Shown here piece after piece: positions 58,892 to 64,000 of a stretch of 64,000 nt of DNA. This DNA comes from Bacteroidia bacterium. Its GTDB lineage: Bacteria; Bacteroidota; Bacteroidia; M30B66. Under the pieces are notes generated by a model, which worked only from the letters and a program-made list of their open reading frames with translations, had not been told where the DNA came from and did no database searches. The first letter of the stretch is position 1. Each line of letters begins with the position of its first letter. The stretch covers positions 608,001-672,000 of the forward strand of contig OZ257142.1 in NCBI GenBank assembly GCA_965279035.1, written 5' to 3'. A program made the translations under genes and the position numbers.

Positions 58892-58964
58892 TTTTATTAG
58901 AGAAATTAATTTATAACAAACTGGTAATCAAGCACAAAAAAGCTGTTTTTTTCATAAAAGGCAT

Positions 58965-58988
58965 AAAAAAAGCCGGACAAGCCGGCTT
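58965..58988 (-). terminator. Intrinsic terminator after the anti-sigma gene
   Basis: AAAAAAAGCCGG-ACAAG-CCGGCTT. Confidence 0.75.
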
Positions 58989-59006
58989 AAAAATTAAATT
59001 GATTGT

Positions 59007-59801
59007 TTATGAAACTGAACCAAGAGCAACCAATTTTTCTAAGGTGGGACTTGGACTTCCTCCTTTTTTCTCAATTGTTATAGCGAACGCTTGTGCTTGA
59101 AGCAATTGAGGAATTGACTTAGCCAATTGAAATTGTCCAGTTTCTAACACACCCATATCGATTGGTTTGCCATCTACTAATGCCCAAAGTTGATATTGCT
59201 TATCAGCAGCAAGAAGGGGCAATTGTGTAGTAGAAATGAATACTTGTTTATCGGAATCTTTAAGAAAAACAACAGCATTCTCCCCAGGAACTTTGGTTTT
59301 ACTTGATAGAAGAATTTTACGTGTATCGGGTGATGAAATATCGGCTAGGTAATTTGTATTGGTTGCTAAGCGTTTATTGAGTTCGGCTACTTGTTGATTG
59401 GAACGAGAAACTTGCTCCTCTAATTCCGAAATACGATTGCTGAATTGGATATTTCTATAAAATAAAACACCCGTCGATAGTACAAGAGCAACACTAGCTG
59501 CAACAAGCCAAATGGGATATTTTGGTCGAATTTCGATGATTTTGCTTTCCTGCTTTTCTTCCAAAGTAAACTCATCTTGAAATGGTAGATTGTCGAGCAC
59601 TTTGGCCTTTAATCGCGCATCAGGATCTTTTGCATGAGCTAAAGAGAAAGCATTCAAGCCTTCTTGAATCGCATGGAGTTCTCGTTGAAGTTCAGGCCAT
59701 TCACGTAATTTCAACTCCACATCCTTCATTTCTTCAGGAGTGAGCGCATTTAGAGCATAAAGTTCTAAAATGCCAGAGTCGATGTATTCTTTCGTGTTCA
59801 C
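59007..59801 (-). CDS. RskA-like anti-sigma factor
   Basis: YIDSGILELYAL, single TM helix, C-terminal YQLWAL...AFAITIEKKGGSPSPT. Confidence 0.9.
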   Translation of the reverse strand: MNTKEYIDSGILELYALNALTPEEMKDVELKLREWPELQRELHAIQEGLNAFSLAHAKDPDARLKAKVLDNLPFQDEFTLEEKQESKIIEIRPKYPIWLVAASVALVLSTGVLFYRNIQFSNRISELEEQVSRSNQQVAELNKRLATNTNYLADISSPDTRKILLSSKTKVPGENAVVFLKDSDKQVFISTTQLPLLAADKQYQLWALVDGKPIDMGVLETGQFQLAKSIPQLLQAQAFAITIEKKGGSPSPTLEKLVALGSVS

Positions 59802-60349
59802 AGTGTGTTGAATATAGATCGAAGTTTTAAGATGGCGTTGCGAGCTCGTGTTTTTACTGTTCCAAGAGGAAGGTTAAGTTCTTCGGAGATTTCAATTTGA
59901 GTATATCCTCTAAAATACATGTAATCTAATATCTCCCTAAGTTCATTGGGTAAATCATCGACTAGCTTTCTTAAACCAATTTGATCTGTAGAAATGCCTG
60001 TAAATAATTGGGAACTCAATACAGGTACGAGATCATCGAAATTTCGGTTTTTTTGCTGCTGCTTTTGTTCAGACGAACGAAGCTTATCGATGCATAAATT
60101 GCGTGTAAGCTGCATCATCCAAGTATATAAACGGCCTTTAGATGCATCGTAAGATTGAATGTTATTGAATATTTTTAAAAACAATTCTTGAAGTAAATCT
60201 TCAGCAGCTTCTTCGGGCGAAATCATGCGCGCAATAACTCCATACAACGCGGCTTTATAATTATCATAGAGATATTCAAAAGCGGAACGATTTTTTTGGC
60301 AGAGTGCATCTACCAAAACAGATTCGATTTTATAATCAGGCTGATTCAA
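59798..60349 (-). CDS. ECF sigma factor (SigK-like)
   Basis: AFEYLYDNY, AEDLLQE, GRLYTWM, PLGTVKTR; coupled to the RskA-like gene. Confidence 0.92.
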   Translation of the reverse strand: MNQPDYKIESVLVDALCQKNRSAFEYLYDNYKAALYGVIARMISPEEAAEDLLQELFLKIFNNIQSYDASKGRLYTWMMQLTRNLCIDKLRSSEQKQQQKNRNFDDLVPVLSSQLFTGISTDQIGLRKLVDDLPNELREILDYMYFRGYTQIEISEELNLPLGTVKTRARNAILKLRSIFNTL

Positions 60350-60409
60350 GCGGTTGGGTAGCGCTAAAGTATCAGTTAATTGAATGCAATCAACTTAACA
60401 GAAACCAAT

Positions 60410-61846
60410 TTAATCTTGATGCACCCAACGTACAAACCAACTCGATCCATCATTCAACAAAATCTGCGAGAAATACCATCCTAGAGCCAATTCACTCGTG
60501 TTTAATTTGACTTGTTTTGAGGAGTATTCAACTTCCAATTGCATCAATCTTCCTTGACTATCGCGGGTTTGGATGCTTTGAATTGTTTTAGGTGAGCTAA
60601 TTTGGATGAAATTATCAGCAGGATTAGGGAAAACACGAATTTCAGCTAAATAGGCCGATGTACTCAAAAGCGGCTCATCACAATTACTTTGCTCGATTGC
60701 AACAATCCGATCGGAGAAAAATTCGGCAATCTCACTAACACGCGCTGAAGCTCCCAGTATAGAATGTCCCGCAGGATCTTGTAAACAATTAGGACTGCCA
60801 TTTTGGACAATGGCATTAAACACTGTTAAAGGATTGCTAACATTAGCAGCTTTTTGCGCAATAGAGCAAGATCCCGAAGCCCAAGGCATATTCCAAACGT
60901 GTGCACATCCTAAAAAGCCAAAAGGATCAAGGCAATTATAACTTAAGGAAGCCATAATAGGCGTTGTATTGCAATCAACTACTACATCAGTCGTTTGATG
61001 AAACAAATACAATAAAGGTTCTTCTCCAACAGATTGCTCAAATAGATTTCCCAGCATCCCACCGTAAAAATTAGCAATGCCTTTTACTTGAGAAGTATGA
61101 CCGTTGAGTGCAATCGTACCTTCAATATCGCCTAAATCGGGACGAGTACGACTAATGCTAGAGCCGGCAGAGTTAAAATAATCGTGGCAATAGGCAAGTG
61201 AATTGGATGGACCGGGAGCATCACTCAAAACACCAGCGGAATAGGGTTTTTCGTTGGGTGAATCAAGAAAAGCGGTAGCTAAGGCATTAAATCCTCCGGC
61301 GCTCACACCAGAGAGATAGACATTTTCTGTACATACTGAATCCAAGTTAGCTCGCCCTTTTAGAAAGCGAATGGCACCTTTCACATCCTGCATTCCACGA
61401 TAAATGGCACGAATAACTTCATTGGTATCGGCCGGATAGACACAATTTCCTTCTAGCGTAACAGCTGTGCAGGTTGCGGTATTACTTCCTCCATTGGGAT
61501 TGGGGTGAAATCCTAATCGGTAACTTACCGATGCAACTACATAACCCCGACTAACAAAATGAGGCGCTAAAAGCTGAATGTCGTTATCGTTGCGGTTGCC
61601 GGCAATCCATGCACCACCGTGGATGAGAACAATAAGTGGCCGATGGATATTTTGATCACCTACAGGTTTGTATAAGTTGAGGTATAACTCAACCGGATTT
61701 CCTGCATAGTTGATGGACGTTCCGTAGGGAATATCGAATTCGGTTCGATAGCTGTATTGCTCGCTTGTGTAAGCCGATTGAGACTTTCCTATGAGGGCAG
61801 AAAATGCAATAACTACAAGTAGTATAAAACGAAACATCCAATTCAT
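60410..61846 (-). CDS. T9SS type-A cargo alpha/beta hydrolase (HSL-family esterase-like)
   Basis: IHGGAW oxyanion motif, SYRLG, GVSAG nucleophile motif, CTD VFPNPA...GWYF. Confidence 0.85.
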   Translation of the reverse strand: MNWMFRFILLVVIAFSALIGKSQSAYTSEQYSYRTEFDIPYGTSINYAGNPVELYLNLYKPVGDQNIHRPLIVLIHGGAWIAGNRNDNDIQLLAPHFVSRGYVVASVSYRLGFHPNPNGGSNTATCTAVTLEGNCVYPADTNEVIRAIYRGMQDVKGAIRFLKGRANLDSVCTENVYLSGVSAGGFNALATAFLDSPNEKPYSAGVLSDAPGPSNSLAYCHDYFNSAGSSISRTRPDLGDIEGTIALNGHTSQVKGIANFYGGMLGNLFEQSVGEEPLLYLFHQTTDVVVDCNTTPIMASLSYNCLDPFGFLGCAHVWNMPWASGSCSIAQKAANVSNPLTVFNAIVQNGSPNCLQDPAGHSILGASARVSEIAEFFSDRIVAIEQSNCDEPLLSTSAYLAEIRVFPNPADNFIQISSPKTIQSIQTRDSQGRLMQLEVEYSSKQVKLNTSELALGWYFSQILLNDGSSWFVRWVHQD

Positions 61847-61896
61847 GAAAGCAATTTACAGTTTTTCAGAAACAACCTTTATAGCATTGGTCACGC

Positions 61897-61936
61897 AAAA
61901 AAAATCCCGTCTTGCAAGGAGGCGCAAAACGGGATT
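61897..61936 (-). terminator. Intrinsic terminator after hppD
   Basis: Minus strand reads AAUCCCGUUUUGC-loop-GCAAGACGGGAUU-UUUUUU. Confidence 0.85.
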
Positions 61937-61954
61937 CCGAACTGAATCAAAAAC

Positions 61955-63091
61955 TTAAAGCGTACCGCGACGTTCTTGTTCACGTTCGATAGATTCGAAA
62001 AGGGCCTTGAAATTTCCTTTTCCAAATGCACGAGCACCGCGGCGTTGAATGATTTCATAGAACAAAGTCGGACGATCTTCTACCGGCTTAGAGAAAAGTT
62101 GAAGAAGGTAACCTTCGTCGTCACGGTCAACTAAAATGTTGAGACGACGAATTTCATCCATGTCTTCATCTATATCACCAACACGCAATGAAAGTTCATC
62201 ATAATACGTTTGTGGAACTTCTAAGAAATCAACACCACGACGACGTAATTCTGCAACAGTTTCGATGATGTTATCGGTTGCTACAGCTATGTGTTGAACA
62301 CCTGGTGTTTGGTAAAAATCAAGATATTCTTCTACCTGAGATCTTTTCTTTCCTTTAGCAGGTTCGTTGATTGGGAATTTGATAAACTCATTGCTATTGG
62401 TTACCACTTTCGACATCAAAGCAGAATATTCGGTAGAGATGTCTTTATCGTCAAACGAAACGATAATTTTAAAACCCATCACTTCTTGGTAGAATTTCAC
62501 CCAAGTATTCATTTCGCCCCAGCCAACATTTCCAACACAGTGGTCAACGAACATTAATCCAACAGGTTTTGATGGAATTTGAGGTTCTGCTTTTTCATAG
62601 CCGGGCATAAAAACACCCGTGTAGTTTTTTCTTTCTACAAACGTGTGAATTGTCTCTCCATACGTGTAAATACTTGCTGTACGAACTTCACCAAATGCAT
62701 CGGTTTTCACTTCAAGAGGAGCATGCATTTTGGCACCGCGTTTAACAGTTTCTTCTAATGCCTTAGCAGCATCATCAACCCAAAGTGCTAAGATTTTAAC
62801 ACCATCGCCATGTTTTTTCACATGGTCAGCAATGGGACCATCGGGCATTAAAGAAGCTGTTAGGACAAGACGAATTTTACCTTGACGTAATACATACGAT
62901 GCGCGGTCTTTTACACCTGTTTCTGGTCCAGCATAAGCGATGAGTTCATAGCCCCATGCGCTTTGATAGTAATAGGCAGCTTGTTTGGCATTACCTACAT
63001 AAAATTCAACATAATCGGTTCCCAACAAAGGAAGGAAATCGGCAGCCGCAGCGTTTGTTGCTTGCGGAGATAGCGTTTGTGCGTTATCCAT
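61955..63091 (-). CDS. hppD: 4-hydroxyphenylpyruvate dioxygenase
   Basis: HGDGV, DHCVGNV, KFPINEP, GVQHIA, GYLLQLFS, FGKGNFKALFESIE. Confidence 0.97.
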   Translation of the reverse strand: MDNAQTLSPQATNAAAADFLPLLGTDYVEFYVGNAKQAAYYYQSAWGYELIAYAGPETGVKDRASYVLRQGKIRLVLTASLMPDGPIADHVKKHGDGVKILALWVDDAAKALEETVKRGAKMHAPLEVKTDAFGEVRTASIYTYGETIHTFVERKNYTGVFMPGYEKAEPQIPSKPVGLMFVDHCVGNVGWGEMNTWVKFYQEVMGFKIIVSFDDKDISTEYSALMSKVVTNSNEFIKFPINEPAKGKKRSQVEEYLDFYQTPGVQHIAVATDNIIETVAELRRRGVDFLEVPQTYYDELSLRVGDIDEDMDEIRRLNILVDRDDEGYLLQLFSKPVEDRPTLFYEIIQRRGARAFGKGNFKALFESIEREQERRGTL

Positions 63092-63110
63092 GATGATTTG
63101 GTTTTATTGC

Positions 63111-64000
63111 TTAGTTGTAATCAGGTTCCATCCAAGAAAGGAAGTACTTATCGTCGTTTATTTTTAGCGCAGCTTCAGTTACCATTAAAGGCTTGAATGT
63201 GTCAACCATAACGGCATATTCCTGCGTGTCTTTTTTACCAATACTGCGTTCCATCGCACCAGGATGCGGACCATGAACAATTCCCGCTGGGTGAAGAGTG
63301 AGATGCCCTTGTGCGATGTCGTTACGGCTCATGAAATCACCATCTACATAATATAACACCTCGTCAGAGTCGATATTGCTGTGATTGTATGGTGCTGGAA
63401 TCGCTTGTGGATGATAATCGTACATGCGTGGCACGAAGGAACACACGACAAAACCAGCCGTTTCGAATGTTTGGTGAATAGGTGGTGGCAAGTGTACTCG
63501 TCCGGTTATCGGTTCGAAATTCTTGATCGAGAATGCATACGGGTAATTATATCCATCCCATCCAATTACATCAAACGGATGAGAACCATACACGTAATGA
63601 TGTAACACACCCTGCTTCTTCACTTTGATGATAAAATCTCCTTTTTCATCGTGAGTTTCGAGGTTTTCTGGGCGACGAATATCGCGTTCGCAGAAAGGAG
63701 AATGCTCTAATAATTGTCCGAAGTAATTCCGGTAACGTTTAGGAGTATAAATAGGAGAGAACGATTCCAAAAACATCAATCGATTATCTTCTCCGTCAAA
63801 TTCGATTTGATAAATCATCCCGCGAGGAATAATCAAATAATCACCATAAGCGAATTCAAGCGTTCCAAGGAAAGTACGTAAACGACCTGTTCCTTTGTGA
63901 ATGAAAAGCATTTCATCGGCATCCGCATTCTTGTAGAAATACGTGCTCATTGATTTACGCGGCGCCGCTACTCCTAAATGCACATCCGAATTGACTAACA
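63111..64000 (-). CDS. hmgA: Homogentisate 1,2-dioxygenase, 5' end outside the window
   Basis: NADADEMLF, HPFDVIGWDG, HLPPPIH, PYNHSNIDSDE, LHPAGIVHGPHPG. The frame stays open past 63983 to the window edge. Confidence 0.93.
   Translation of the reverse strand, partial: LVNSDVHLGVAAPRKSMSTYFYKNADADEMLFIHKGTGRLRTFLGTLEFAYGDYLIIPRGMIYQIEFDGEDNRLMFLESFSPIYTPKRYRNYFGQLLEHSPFCERDIRRPENLETHDEKGDFIIKVKKQGVLHHYVYGSHPFDVIGWDGYNYPYAFSIKNFEPITGRVHLPPPIHQTFETAGFVVCSFVPRMYDYHPQAIPAPYNHSNIDSDEVLYYVDGDFMSRNDIAQGHLTLHPAGIVHGPHPGAMERSIGKKDTQEYAVMVDTFKPLMVTEAALKINDDKYFLSWMEPDYN

Noticed and set aside
60371-60400. Another copy of the spaced intergenic palindrome
   Set aside because: Core spacing does not fit (10 rather than 11 bp); likely chance.
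1-64000. tRNA, rRNA, IS element or integrase genes
   Set aside because: None recognised; nearly all sequence is accounted for by CDSs and short spacers.

Overview
A gene-dense chromosomal window from a free-living Bacteroidota bacterium. The assignment rests on TAnnTTTG -7 promoter boxes, T9SS C-terminal domains, an S46 peptidase and Bacteroidota-type RecQ and RpoN. Most genes are housekeeping or metabolic: riboflavin synthase, recQ, kynurenine pathway (kynA, kynU, kmo), feoAB, dpp7, ppk2, comM, gmhA, hemA plus a fused hemC-hemD, an A-type Fe-S carrier with sufB, rpoN, asnS, hppD and hmgA. There are four T9SS cargo genes, a CarH-like B12 photoreceptor/ECF sigma pair and a SigK/RskA/fasciclin-like module. 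I saw no rRNA, tRNA, CRISPR array, IS element or integrase. The most notable structure is a ~1.4-kb AT-rich 'mobile mystery protein A/B' (HTH + Fic) cassette bracketed by a direct repeat of the last 48 bp of sufB (45/48 identical; the downstream copy is frameshifted). It encodes no recombinase and carries a perfect 12-bp inverted repeat holding back-to-back promoter boxes. Also notable: a shared 7-1-7 palindrome upstream of feoA, the Fe-S operon and hemA (candidate iron regulon), an unannotated 49-aa Cys/His-rich lipoprotein ORF just upstream of feoAB, and a regulatory-element-dense spacer between an XRE regulator and hemA. All product calls come from recognising motifs by eye; no database searches were run.
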